Positions 10,031-19,636 of a stretch of DNA of 64,000 bases are shown piece by piece. How positions within the stretch are numbered: position 1 is the first letter of the stretch; each line of letters opens with the position of its first letter. Position numbers and translations under genes: made by a program. Under the pieces are notes generated by a model. The model searched no databases. It had not been told where the DNA came from and saw only the letters and a list, made by a program, of their open reading frames with translations. Source of the stretch: a virus; IMG/VR virus record IMGVR_UViG_3300047323_000675. One strand, 5' to 3'.

Positions 10031-10512
10031 AATTTAAGTTTTTTTTTCAATGAACCATTAGAATTTAATTCTTTATGTAATTTTTTTGCTGTTTCTCTTT
10101 TTTCAAACATTAATTTAGCTTCTATACAGGCATCTTTAACTTCTTGTCTTACACTAGTATCTGAAATATTTGTGTTTAAATAATATTCTATTTCTTTAGC
10201 TAATGGTATATCTAATTCAAATATTAAATATTGGATGGCAGATAATTGAGTATTAATACATAATGCTTTAAACGGTTGATAATTTTCTGCATGAAGATGA
10301 GCATGTTCTGTTAATTCAGGTGATGTTAAAAGATATTGAATGATCTCTATATTACCTTTTTCACAAGCTAAGATTAAACATGCCTCATCAAAAGCATGAA
10401 TGTTAGCCTTTATTTCAAGAGTGGGACTTGTTAATAGTCGCTTTATTTCTGGCAAATTACCAAACATAGCCTTACTAAATAATTCATTATCAATTTCGCG
10501 TTGAGTAGTCAT
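10027..10512 (-). CDS. ankyrin-repeat protein
   Basis: ACEKGNIEIIQYLLTSPELTEHA; ends KKLKL. Confidence 0.88.
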   Translation of the reverse strand: MTTQREIDNELFSKAMFGNLPEIKRLLTSPTLEIKANIHAFDEACLILACEKGNIEIIQYLLTSPELTEHAHLHAENYQPFKALCINTQLSAIQYLIFELDIPLAKEIEYYLNTNISDTSVRQEVKDACIEAKLMFEKRETAKKLHKELNSNGSLKKKLKL

Positions 10513-10540
10513 ATTTTTATTATATTAATCAATCACTAAT

Positions 10541-11107
10541 TTACAATTTTAATTTTTTATTTGAATTATATTTATTAGATATTAAATCTTTATTTAAATC
10601 GTTATTTATTTTTCTTAATTCAAATATTTGTTCAATTTTTGGATTAGGGTAATTATTTAAATACTGATTAATATGTTCAGTTCTAGGAATATTAATTTCT
10701 AAGATAAAATAGCTTAAAACATGTAATTGTTTAAGCTGAGCAGCAAATGCAAAAGGTAAATCATTATCTATATGAATATCTGCATGTTCCATTAATTCAG
10801 GTGAAGTTAATAAATACTTGACAATATCTAAATGTCCATATGCAGATGCACATATTAGCGGCTTACCATTTTTATAATTTATATCAATATATTCTACTAA
10901 TTCAGATTTATTTAATAAAAATTTAACTAAATCCAAAAATCCTTTCTCACAAGCTTGTTTTAAGGTATTACCTAGAATATGTGGAAACTCTTCAAAATTA
11001 TCTAAATCAGGTTTAAGCAACAAATTTTTTATTTTAGGAATATCGCCTATTTGGAAAGCATTATCTAAACTTTCTTCAATTTCATAAATTAATGATGACA
11101 ATCTCAT
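10541..11107 (-). CDS. ankyrin-repeat protein
   Basis: PLICASAYGHLDIVKYLLTSPEL; ends KKLKL. Confidence 0.9.
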   Translation of the reverse strand: MRLSSLIYEIEESLDNAFQIGDIPKIKNLLLKPDLDNFEEFPHILGNTLKQACEKGFLDLVKFLLNKSELVEYIDINYKNGKPLICASAYGHLDIVKYLLTSPELMEHADIHIDNDLPFAFAAQLKQLHVLSYFILEINIPRTEHINQYLNNYPNPKIEQIFELRKINNDLNKDLISNKYNSNKKLKL

Positions 11108-11808
11108 ATTTTAACTTTTTTTTCTTTATTATTTTGCATATTTACTAAATCATTTTTAAGATCATTTTTTAAATCTCTTACCTCAAACATTTTTTGTAGT
11201 TCATGAGCAAATGGTTTTTTAAGTGTTTCTTCAATATAGCTAGTTTTTTCTATATTTAAATCAAAAATTAGATAATGAGCTAACTCAAGTTTATTATCCT
11301 GATTTGAACTTGCTACACTTCTAAAAAAAGAATCTTTATCGTAATGAATATCTATATGTTTTTTTAAATCAAAAGAATGTAATAAATAATCAACAATTTC
11401 CATATGATTATTATGAAGGGCCATCTTGAAGGCATGACAATTGTATGCATAAATATCTGCATGTAGTTTTAACTCAGTAGATGATAGAAGATATTTCACT
11501 ACTTCAAAATGACCATTTTCACAAGCCGTAGTTAATGGATCACCATGATCAGCATTAATGTTTGCATGTTGTTTTAACTCAGGAGATGTTAAAAGGTATT
11601 TAACTATTTCCATGTGGCCTTTATTACATGCTAAGCGTAAAGCTAAATCATCGCCACTATGAATAGATGGGTTTTGTTTTAACTCTTTACTTGTTAATAA
11701 ATACTGCACATGGTCAATTTGGTCGTTCTCACAAGCATTATATAATGCGGTAACAAGATTAAATGGTGGTAAATCTTTATATAACTCATATAATTGTGAA
11801 TTATTCAT
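11104..11808 (-). CDS. ankyrin-repeat protein
   Basis: ALRLACNKGHMEIVKYLLTSPEL, PLTTACENGHFEVVKYLL; ends KKVKI. Confidence 0.92.
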   Translation of the reverse strand: MNNSQLYELYKDLPPFNLVTALYNACENDQIDHVQYLLTSKELKQNPSIHSGDDLALRLACNKGHMEIVKYLLTSPELKQHANINADHGDPLTTACENGHFEVVKYLLSSTELKLHADIYAYNCHAFKMALHNNHMEIVDYLLHSFDLKKHIDIHYDKDSFFRSVASSNQDNKLELAHYLIFDLNIEKTSYIEETLKKPFAHELQKMFEVRDLKNDLKNDLVNMQNNKEKKVKI

Positions 11809-12440
11809 ATTTTAATCCTTTTATGCATCACTTCAACTTTAGAAACTTCTTTATTTAATTCTTCTTTTATTTCTTTATGTAATCCAATTATTTCATCCCT
11901 TATTTTAAACATATGCTCTATATTTTGTTTAATACTTTTGTTATCAAAGTTTATTATTTTAGTAATACTTTCCGTTTTAGGAATTTTGTAATCGAGAATT
12001 AAATATTCTAAAACCTCCATTCTTTCACAAATATATGCCATCATAAATGGTCTGTCTTTTGCATAATAAGAAACATTGCCTTTAGCATGAATATCGGAAT
12101 GTTCTTTTAAAGTTGGTGAAGTAAGAAGATATCTTACCATTTCCGTATCACCATTTTCACATGCTTGTATTATTGCAAAATCATGTTGAGTGTGGATGCT
12201 TAGGTTTTCTTTTAATTCTGGAGAGTTAAGTAAATAATCTATTATATGGTAATGAAGATTATTTACTGCACAAATTAATGCATCTCCTTCATGACGAAAA
12301 ATATTAGCATTATAAGGAAGTTCAGGAGAAGTTAAGAGATATCTTACTTTATCTAATTCACCACTTTTACAAGCCTCATAAAATTTCTCTTGTAAGGCAT
12401 TAAGAGAAAGATCTTTATATTCTTTAAATAAAGCATTCAT
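11805..12440 (-). CDS. ankyrin-repeat protein
   Basis: ACKSGELDKVRYLLTSPEL, ACENGDTEMVRYLL; ends KRIKI. Confidence 0.9.
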   Translation of the reverse strand: MNALFKEYKDLSLNALQEKFYEACKSGELDKVRYLLTSPELPYNANIFRHEGDALICAVNNLHYHIIDYLLNSPELKENLSIHTQHDFAIIQACENGDTEMVRYLLTSPTLKEHSDIHAKGNVSYYAKDRPFMMAYICERMEVLEYLILDYKIPKTESITKIINFDNKSIKQNIEHMFKIRDEIIGLHKEIKEELNKEVSKVEVMHKRIKI

Positions 12441-13222
12441 AATTTTTGCTTTCTATTAGCTAGGTTTTTGGATGAATTACAGTTAAGTTCAATATTGAGA
12501 ATATTATTTAATTCTCTTGCATTAAATAAATTTTTCACCTCAATATCGTCAGTAAAGTTCAAAATAACTTCTATATCGTAAGTTTTCTCAATATTATATT
12601 CAAAGATAAAATAAATAATGACATCTTTTTGCTTTTTTCTACAAGCTGAAATAAAAGCTTGGTTGATATCATAATTAGTGATATCATTTTTTAGGTATGG
12701 TGAATTTAATAAGTAATTAACCATATTTACTTTGTTAGTTGTACATGCTAAATTTAATAGAGAACTTGGCTTTATTTCAAAATCATAAATTTCTTTAATC
12801 TCAGGAAGGCTATAGATGTAGTTTATAATATCTATATTACCTTTTAAGCAAGAAACATAAAGTGCAGCCTCATTACTTATAGCTAATTGTGGGATAAATT
12901 CTGGATGAGTAAGAATATATTTAACAATGTTTAAATGATTATTTTCAGATGCAGATATTAAAGCAGACTCATTATTGATATTTGCTATTAATTCAAAAGC
13001 ATTAAAACTTAACAAGGATTTAGCAAGTTCAAGATTACCAAATTTGCAAGCCATTACAAAAGTTCTATCCATATGATGTTGAATCTTATCTTCTTTTTTA
13101 ATATGTGGGTGCTGTAAAAGATATTTTACTTTAGTATTATCATTAGCTTTTATTGCTTCAGATATTTCATTTTCTAATTCTGAGTAAGGTATATTTTTAA
13201 GCGATGGTAAATTAAATGGCAT
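12437..13222 (-). CDS. ankyrin-repeat protein
   Basis: ALISASENNHLNIVKYIL; ends RKQKL. Confidence 0.9.
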   Translation of the reverse strand: MPFNLPSLKNIPYSELENEISEAIKANDNTKVKYLLQHPHIKKEDKIQHHMDRTFVMACKFGNLELAKSLLSFNAFELIANINNESALISASENNHLNIVKYILTHPEFIPQLAISNEAALYVSCLKGNIDIINYIYSLPEIKEIYDFEIKPSSLLNLACTTNKVNMVNYLLNSPYLKNDITNYDINQAFISACRKKQKDVIIYFIFEYNIEKTYDIEVILNFTDDIEVKNLFNARELNNILNIELNCNSSKNLANRKQKL

Positions 13223-13233
13223 ATATTATTAAT

Positions 13234-13563
13234 TTATGCAAAAATTAAATGAGTAAATAATTTAGAAAGAACCATGATTATTATTCCCAAAAAAAGACAA
13301 AATGAAGCCCATAAAACAGCAAGTTTACGATTTTTTGCCAAAATTGCGAGAGGAAATAAACCAAAAATAATAATTCCAATCCCAATTACAATAGACTCCC
13401 TTCCTTCTATTAAAATTTCCACATTATATCTAGAAGAATAAGCATAATAGCGATTATTAATAATACTTAATAAGCCTGGTAATGCAAAAGCAATACTCAT
13501 AAGAATTGTAAGGAATTTCACCAACGGGTTTACTGTGTTTTTTTTAACATTTGAATCATCCAT
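13234..13563 (-). CDS. small membrane protein, about 3 TM (non-ankyrin, no tail)
   Basis: Three hydrophobic stretches; AGGAG Shine-Dalgarno upstream. Confidence 0.75.
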   Translation of the reverse strand: MDDSNVKKNTVNPLVKFLTILMSIAFALPGLLSIINNRYYAYSSRYNVEILIEGRESIVIGIGIIIFGLFPLAILAKNRKLAVLWASFCLFLGIIIMVLSKLFTHLIFA

Positions 13564-13605
13564 AGCATAATCTCCTTTTAATTATTGTATTAATAAATTA
13601 TGTAA

Positions 13606-14502
13606 TTACAACTTATTTTTTTTACTATGGTTATTATTTTTATTTAATTCTTGGTTTAGTTCTTTATTAATATCTCGCAATTTAAACCAATTTTCTACTT
13701 GTATTAATTTTGGTTCATTAATTGGTCTATTAAATAAATAATTATTTATTGATTCTGTTTTATCCATATTTAAATCAAAAATAAAGTATTGAATTAAGTC
13801 TAAATAATCAAAAGAATAAGCCCATTTAAATGCATCATCATTAAATGCATGAACATTTGGTTTCTTCTTAATTCTTTGACATGTGCAGAAATATTTAATT
13901 AATTCCAAATTATTATTATGTACAACAGTCCTAAATGCTTGCTCATCATTAGCATTCAAATCTGTATTTTCTTTTAGTTCATTAGATGTTAATAGATAAT
14001 CTACGATATCTAGATGATTATATTTACAAGCTTCAATAAGAGCATTATTATCTTGTGCATGGATATTGGCATGTATTTTTAAATCAGGTGATGTAAGCAA
14101 ATACTTTACAACTTCTAATTGACCACTTTCACAGGCGCGAACTAATCCCTCATCATTTTTAGTATTAATATCAATATGTTCTTCTAATTCAGGCGATGTA
14201 AGCAAATATTTTACAACCTCTAAATGACCATTTTGGCATGCATCTATAAAACCTTCATCTGTCCAAGCATGTATATTTACATTGCCAACAGTTGAAGCTA
14301 ACTCAGGTGAAGTTAAAAGGTATCGAACAACATTCAATTTACCTGCTGCACATGCTGAGATAAAACAATAGTAATCATCAGACTTAATATCTGCATGAAC
14401 TTCTAATTCATTTGAAAATAAAAGATATCTAACAAAATCTAAATCACCATTCTGACAAGCAATTTGAAGTTGTTCATTTATTTCATCATATTGATCAGTC
14501 AT
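13606..14502 (-). CDS. ankyrin-repeat protein (many repeats)
   Basis: ACQNGHLEVVKYLLTSPEL, ACESGQLEVVKYLLTSPDL; ends KKNKL. Confidence 0.93.
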   Translation of the reverse strand: MTDQYDEINEQLQIACQNGDLDFVRYLLFSNELEVHADIKSDDYYCFISACAAGKLNVVRYLLTSPELASTVGNVNIHAWTDEGFIDACQNGHLEVVKYLLTSPELEEHIDINTKNDEGLVRACESGQLEVVKYLLTSPDLKIHANIHAQDNNALIEACKYNHLDIVDYLLTSNELKENTDLNANDEQAFRTVVHNNNLELIKYFCTCQRIKKKPNVHAFNDDAFKWAYSFDYLDLIQYFIFDLNMDKTESINNYLFNRPINEPKLIQVENWFKLRDINKELNQELNKNNNHSKKNKL

Positions 14503-15290
14503 ATTTTATTTCTCTTTTGTATGTTATTATCATTATCATTGTCAAGTTCAAATGTTAATAAATGAGCTAAATCTCTTTTATTAAATAATTCTAAAACACT
14601 ATTATTGAATTCAATATTATCCCGTTCTTCATCTAGTAAATATTCCATAATGTCAGAACTTTTAGGGACACTAAGAGAGAAAATAAAATATTTTACAGCC
14701 TCTAATTCTTCAACTTCACAACAAGTTATAAATGGCAAATCATTATCAAAACTGATATCAAAATTATCTTTCCATTGTGAATGGAGTAGATAATCAATAA
14801 GTTCTACATTACCACTTCTACAAGCATAAACAAATAGATTATTATCTTTTTTTATTTGCTCACCCCATTTTGGTGAATTAAGAAAATATTTAACAATATT
14901 AATGTTCCCAGTATTACAACACTCCTCCATAACTATAGATAATGCTGTAGGAGCATGATTAATTGCAATAGGTAAAAATTCCTCAATAGAATCTATATCA
15001 TCTTGTTTCGCTGCTATTTCCGTAAGTCGAATTGCATATGGTGAAATATTAATAGGTTTTTTAATTTCTTTTGGGTTAGCTAGAAATTTTATAATCTCTA
15101 AATGATCACGGCTAAATGCCATTTTAAATGCTAAATCATCTTCGTAATGAGGATTTGCATTAAATCTTAATTCAGATGAATTTACGAGATACCTTACACG
15201 ATCTAAATCATCATTAAGGCAAAATTGGAGAAATGCTTCATTGATTTCTTTTTTGGATAAATCTTTAAATTCTTCGTAATAACTATTCAT
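14499..15290 (-). CDS. ankyrin-repeat protein, PY[AS]I subfamily
   Basis: CCNTGNINIVKYFL, ACRSGNVELIDYLL; paralog of 15287..16051; ends KRNKI. Confidence 0.88.
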   Translation of the reverse strand: MNSYYEEFKDLSKKEINEAFLQFCLNDDLDRVRYLVNSSELRFNANPHYEDDLAFKMAFSRDHLEIIKFLANPKEIKKPINISPYAIRLTEIAAKQDDIDSIEEFLPIAINHAPTALSIVMEECCNTGNINIVKYFLNSPKWGEQIKKDNNLFVYACRSGNVELIDYLLHSQWKDNFDISFDNDLPFITCCEVEELEAVKYFIFSLSVPKSSDIMEYLLDEERDNIEFNNSVLELFNKRDLAHLLTFELDNDNDNNIQKRNKI

Positions 15291-16051
15291 AATTTAATTC
15301 TCTTTTTTTCTTGTTTAAAATCTGATTTTAAAGATTGATTTAATTCTTTACTAAGAAATAAAGTATTAATATATCGGTTAAACTCACAATCATTTTCTTT
15401 TAAATACTCATCAATAGGGAAGCTTTTTTCTATGTTTAATTCAAGAATGAAATATTCAGAAATAGCTATACTTTTACTTTCACAACAGGTTATAAATGGT
15501 AAATCATAATCATCATGAACATCAAACTTATCTTTCCATTTAGAATTAAGTAAATATTCAATAAGCTCAACATTATCACCTCTACAAGCACTATTAAACA
15601 ATCCATTATCAATTATGAACTGCTTAGACCAATGAGATGATTCAAGCAAATATTTAACTATATCAAGATTTCCAAATTCACAACATTTATGTATAAATAG
15701 AAATACTGAGTATTTACTATGTTCAATTGCAATAGGTAGTAAATCCTCTATCCAATTATAATCTTTTGTTTGACAAGCTACCTCTAGAAGTTTGATTGAA
15801 TATGGCCGTATATCAATATAGTTTTTAAGTTCTTTAGAATCGGATAAATATTTAATAATATCTGCACTGTTATTTTCTATTGCAGTTCTGAAGGCCATAT
15901 TACCGTTATACTGAGAATTTGCATTAAACTTTAATTCAGGAGAACTAATAAGATATTTAACTCTACCTAAATCGTGATTATAGCAAGCAGAAACCAAAGC
16001 TTCATTTAGTTCTTCCTGATTTAAGTTTTTATATTCATTGTAATATTTCAT
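15287..16051 (-). CDS. ankyrin-repeat protein, PY[AS]I subfamily
   Basis: CCEFGNLDIVKYLL, ACRGDNVELIEYLL; ends KRIKL. Confidence 0.88.
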   Translation of the reverse strand: MKYYNEYKNLNQEELNEALVSACYNHDLGRVKYLISSPELKFNANSQYNGNMAFRTAIENNSADIIKYLSDSKELKNYIDIRPYSIKLLEVACQTKDYNWIEDLLPIAIEHSKYSVFLFIHKCCEFGNLDIVKYLLESSHWSKQFIIDNGLFNSACRGDNVELIEYLLNSKWKDKFDVHDDYDLPFITCCESKSIAISEYFILELNIEKSFPIDEYLKENDCEFNRYINTLFLSKELNQSLKSDFKQEKKRIKL

Positions 16052-16740
16052 TAGACTTTATTTTTCTTCATTTTGAATTCGTTTGAATATAAATCTTTAT
16101 TAAGTTCTTTATTTAAATCTCTTAAATCAAACATATGTTCTACTCTTTCATTTGGTAACTCTTTAAGGTGCTGAACAATATATGCACTTTTAGGAATATT
16201 TAATTCAAAAATAAAATATCTTATGATATCCAAATGATTATTTTTACAAGCCCAACGAAATGCTTCATCTTCATTTTTATGAAGATCTGCATGCTTATTT
16301 AACTCAGGTGAGGTTAATAAAAATTTCACAATTTCTAAATGATTATTTACACATGCCCAAGACAATGGACTACCAGCACACTCTAAATTTATATTTGAAT
16401 TTTCTTTAAGTTCTTTAGAAGTTAATAAATACTTTACAACATCAAAATGACCATTTTCACATGCAGTCCAAAGAGCACCTTCATTTTGAGCATGAATATC
16501 AGCATGTTCATTTAATTCAGGAGAAGTTAAAAGATATTTTGCAATGTGTAAATGCCCTTTATAACAAGAGTTTCTAAATGCATAATCTTCACCATAATGT
16601 ATTTCTGCATTATACTTAATTTCTTTGGATAATAATAAATATTTAACTTCTTCAAGATTGCCAATTGAACAGGCATCTACAAAACATTGATTAATACCAA
16701 ATTGATTAATATATTTATAATCATCATAATAGCTTTTCAT
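16051..16740 (-). CDS. ankyrin-repeat protein
   Basis: Clear 35-aa repeats (ALWTACENGHFDVVKYLLTSKEL); ends KKNKV. Confidence 0.93.
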   Translation of the reverse strand: MKSYYDDYKYINQFGINQCFVDACSIGNLEEVKYLLLSKEIKYNAEIHYGEDYAFRNSCYKGHLHIAKYLLTSPELNEHADIHAQNEGALWTACENGHFDVVKYLLTSKELKENSNINLECAGSPLSWACVNNHLEIVKFLLTSPELNKHADLHKNEDEAFRWACKNNHLDIIRYFIFELNIPKSAYIVQHLKELPNERVEHMFDLRDLNKELNKDLYSNEFKMKKNKV

Positions 16741-17462
16741 AATTTATTTTTCTTTTTTTTAGGATTTTGAAGTATTAATTCACTATTAAGTTCTGTATTT
16801 AGTTCCCTCTGTTCAAACATTTTATTTATTTCATTAGTTAAATCATTAAAATCTTTTGAACTATTTTTTAATACATTTTTAATTATTGGAGTTTTTTCTA
16901 TATTTAAATCAAAAATTAAACAATGTATTACATCTAATCGTTGTCTACTAAATGCTGCAATAAATGGTGCATCTTTTTTTGCATGAATATCAGTATGTAT
17001 TGCTAGATCAGGAGAAGATGCTAAATATTTCATAACTTCAATATTTCCATTACTGCATGCATAAATAAAAGGTAAATGATTAGATACACTAATGTCACAA
17101 TGTTCTTTTAATTCAGGAGAAGCGGATAAATATTTAACTATTTCAAGTTGGTTATATTTAGCAGCAAGAATTAAAGCAAAATCATTATTTGTATGAATAC
17201 TTACTAGTTTTTTTAAACTTGGATTAGTTAATAAATATTTCACAACATGCAAGTGTCCATTTCGACAAGCACCAAACAAACCAGTTTCTTCATCAAAGTC
17301 AAAATCAATTTTCTTTAAAAGAACATCGTTTTCACAAACAAACTTAACTTTTTCTAGATCACCATTTGCGCATGCTTTTTGCACAACAGCATTTAGATGA
17401 TGATTTTTCAATGAGAACAAGCTTTGGTATTTATCAGTCATAATAAGATAATTTTGTTTCAA
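16737..17462 (-). CDS. ankyrin-repeat protein (real start probably ATG at 17441)
   Basis: ACRNGHLHVVKYLL; the track start is TTG and lies at the predicted transcription start; ends KKNKL. Confidence 0.88.
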   Translation of the reverse strand: MKQNYLIMTDKYQSLFSLKNHHLNAVVQKACANGDLEKVKFVCENDVLLKKIDFDFDEETGLFGACRNGHLHVVKYLLTNPSLKKLVSIHTNNDFALILAAKYNQLEIVKYLSASPELKEHCDISVSNHLPFIYACSNGNIEVMKYLASSPDLAIHTDIHAKKDAPFIAAFSRQRLDVIHCLIFDLNIEKTPIIKNVLKNSSKDFNDLTNEINKMFEQRELNTELNSELILQNPKKKKNKL

Positions 17463-17467
17463 TACTA

Positions 17468-17476
17468 ATTATATCA
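17468..17476 (-). promoter_or_regulatory. extended -10 promoter element (TGATATAAT) restarting the array
   Basis: TGnTATAAT in the divergent gap between the ankyrin gene and the HTH gene. Confidence 0.5.
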
Positions 17477-17582
17477 AAAACAAATTAGTTTTCTAGTTTT
17501 TAGTAGTTGTGTACATAGAATAAGAATTAGTATATGATATAGTTTATGTTATTTCCATAGAATAAATTGATAGGATGAATTT

Positions 17583-17718
17583 ATGAATGAAACAGACAAC
17601 CATATTATTAGAGTAATGACTTCTCAAGAAGTTAAGGAGATTCGTTCAAAATTACAATTAAGCCAAAAAGATTTTTGCCATCGTTATGGCTTACCTATTG
17701 GAACATTTAGGAATTGGG
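17583..17718 (+). pseudogene. XRE-family HTH regulator (HigA/MqsA-like), 5' part, interrupted by IS
   Basis: Hand translation MNETDNHIIRVMTSQEVKEIRSKLQLSQKDFCHRYGLPIGTFRNW, broken at TGG G; joins in frame to 19637-19758. Confidence 0.85.
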
Positions 17719-17764
17719 TCTGAAACAGTTAGCATAAAATCTATTCATAATTGTTCAATAAATA

Positions 17765-17793
17765 TTGACTTATTTCATTATTTAAAGTATTCT
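17765..17793 (+). promoter_or_regulatory. sigma70-type promoter of tnpB
   Basis: TTGACT-17 nt-TATTCT, 23 nt upstream of the ATG at 17817. Confidence 0.6.
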
Positions 17794-17816
17794 AAGCTCA
17801 TGTTTTTTATTTAATA

Positions 17817-19601
17817 ATGCAAACTACTTTAACTGCTTCTCTAATTGATGATTCTCATGCTGATTTTATTAATCAGAAATTAGATCAATTTAATACTTTA
17901 TTTAATAAAACTAAAAGAAATCTTTATAAAGATATTATTAAATTCTATAGTCAAAATAATACCAATAAGCTTTCTACCTCAAAGATTAATCAATTAAAGT
18001 CTTCTTATCAAACTATTTTTTGTATTAATTCTAGACATTACAATTCTATTTTTAATGACCTTTTGGGCAATATTAATTCTATTCTTGAACTTAATAAAGA
18101 CTATATTGTTGACACTAAAGATAATATTACATCTTTGTCTAAATCATTAAAATCTAAACAATCTATTTTAGATAGTCTTGTTAAGAAAATGTCTGCAAAA
18201 AATTATATTGAGAATAATATTGATAAAACCAATAAGGATAAGTTAGTTAATAAAATTTTCTATCTTAAAAAAAGATTAAATAAAGCTAATAATAAACTAG
18301 TTAAATTATTAGATATTGAAAAATCGGGTAATCCCCATTTATGTTTTGGTTCTAAAAAGTTATTTAATCAACAATTCATGATTAATACTAAAAATAATTT
18401 AACTTCATTTAAATTCCAGGAGGATTGGAAGAAAGCTTGGATTGAATCTAGAAATAGAAATTTTATTTTTATTGGCAGTAAAGATGAAACAGCAGGTAAT
18501 TCTAACTGTCAAATAAAACATATTGAAAATGATATTTATCAGGTAACTGTTAATGTTGATCCTAAAGCTACAAAACATAAAGATAAATATATTACTTTTA
18601 ATATCAAAGTCTATAATGATAAAAATAATTATCTTTTAAATTCTATCAATAACAATTCAGAGAAAGATAAATCTAAACATCAAGCTTTAACTTATAGATT
18701 TTATAAATATAATGGTAAATATCAGGTATTTATTAGTTTAGATAAAGATAATCAACAGCCCAAGATTATTAGTCATAGATTATCTGGAGCTATTGGTATA
18801 GATATCAATTCAGATCATTTATCTGTTTCTGAAATTGATAGATTTGGTAATTTAAAGAAGACTTGGAATATTCAACTTAATCTTAAAGATAAAACTACTG
18901 AACAATCTTTAGATAATATTGCTTGTGCTGTGAAAGAAATTACAGATTATGTTGTTAAAGTAGGTAAACCAATAGTAATAGAAAAACTTAACTTTAATCA
19001 AAAGAAATCTGAATTAAAGTCAGGATTTAATAAAAAATATAATGTAATGTTATCAAGCTTCGCCTATCGTAAGATAATAGAGTTAATTAAAAGTAGATCA
19101 TTTGACAAAGGTATTGAGATTATTGAGGTTAATCCAGCTTACACTAGTAAAATAGGCAAATTTAAATATCAAAACCAATATAAATTAACAACCCATCAAG
19201 CAGCTAGCTTTGTCATAGCAAGAAGAGGTTTATTGTCTTATGAAAAATATAAAAATATCAGAACAACTAAAATAAATAAAGAAACAAAAATAAAAGCAGA
19301 AATTATAGAAAGAAAGCCTGTAACAGTAGTACATAAAGAAAAACCAATTTCTAACCGTAGGAGTAAATATTATCCTTTTGGTTTACCTGTAAGGAATAGT
19401 CAAAAACAAGATGGTATTTATTGGAAAGAAATTGAGCAGAATTATCTCAAAGCGAAAAAGCATAGAATCGTACTGAAAAGGAAGAAACTTATCCTTGGCA
19501 ATAATGGCAGTAAATTATTATCAAGAGAAACAACTGTAGTAGCTGATAACTCTGAGGTAGACCGTGACCTATCCACAAATCTATTATTTCAACCTTTTTA
19601 G
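17817..19601 (+). CDS. tnpB: TnpB-family RNA-guided nuclease-like protein, 594 aa
   Basis: RuvC-I GAIGIDIN, RuvC-II PIVIEKL, NVMLSSFAY, VNPAYTSK; RuvC-III position reads HQAASFVIARRG. Confidence 0.85.
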   Translation: MQTTLTASLIDDSHADFINQKLDQFNTLFNKTKRNLYKDIIKFYSQNNTNKLSTSKINQLKSSYQTIFCINSRHYNSIFNDLLGNINSILELNKDYIVDTKDNITSLSKSLKSKQSILDSLVKKMSAKNYIENNIDKTNKDKLVNKIFYLKKRLNKANNKLVKLLDIEKSGNPHLCFGSKKLFNQQFMINTKNNLTSFKFQEDWKKAWIESRNRNFIFIGSKDETAGNSNCQIKHIENDIYQVTVNVDPKATKHKDKYITFNIKVYNDKNNYLLNSINNNSEKDKSKHQALTYRFYKYNGKYQVFISLDKDNQQPKIISHRLSGAIGIDINSDHLSVSEIDRFGNLKKTWNIQLNLKDKTTEQSLDNIACAVKEITDYVVKVGKPIVIEKLNFNQKKSELKSGFNKKYNVMLSSFAYRKIIELIKSRSFDKGIEIIEVNPAYTSKIGKFKYQNQYKLTTHQAASFVIARRGLLSYEKYKNIRTTKINKETKIKAEIIERKPVTVVHKEKPISNRRSKYYPFGLPVRNSQKQDGIYWKEIEQNYLKAKKHRIVLKRKKLILGNNGSKLLSRETTVVADNSEVDRDLSTNLLFQPF

Positions 19602-19617
19602 GTTTTGAATAGATTTG
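19576..19617 (+). ncRNA. hairpin at IS right end, probable part of the omega/reRNA scaffold
   Basis: caaatctatt (19576-19585) pairs with aatagatttg (19608-19617), inner stem aacct/aggtt; TnpB guide scaffolds are encoded at element right ends. Confidence 0.5.
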
Positions 19618-19636
19618 ACTTTGGTTTTAAGAACGG

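Larger units (their letters stand above)
17719..19636 (+). mobile_element. non-autonomous tnpB-only IS (IS607-like, IS200/IS605 superfamily), 1918 bp
   Basis: Removing 17719-19636 restores ...AAT TGG GAG CAG GGT (NWEQG); left flank and element both end in GG; 11-bp subterminal inverted repeat aaatctattca at 17737-17747 and 19606-19616; no tnpA. Confidence 0.85.
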
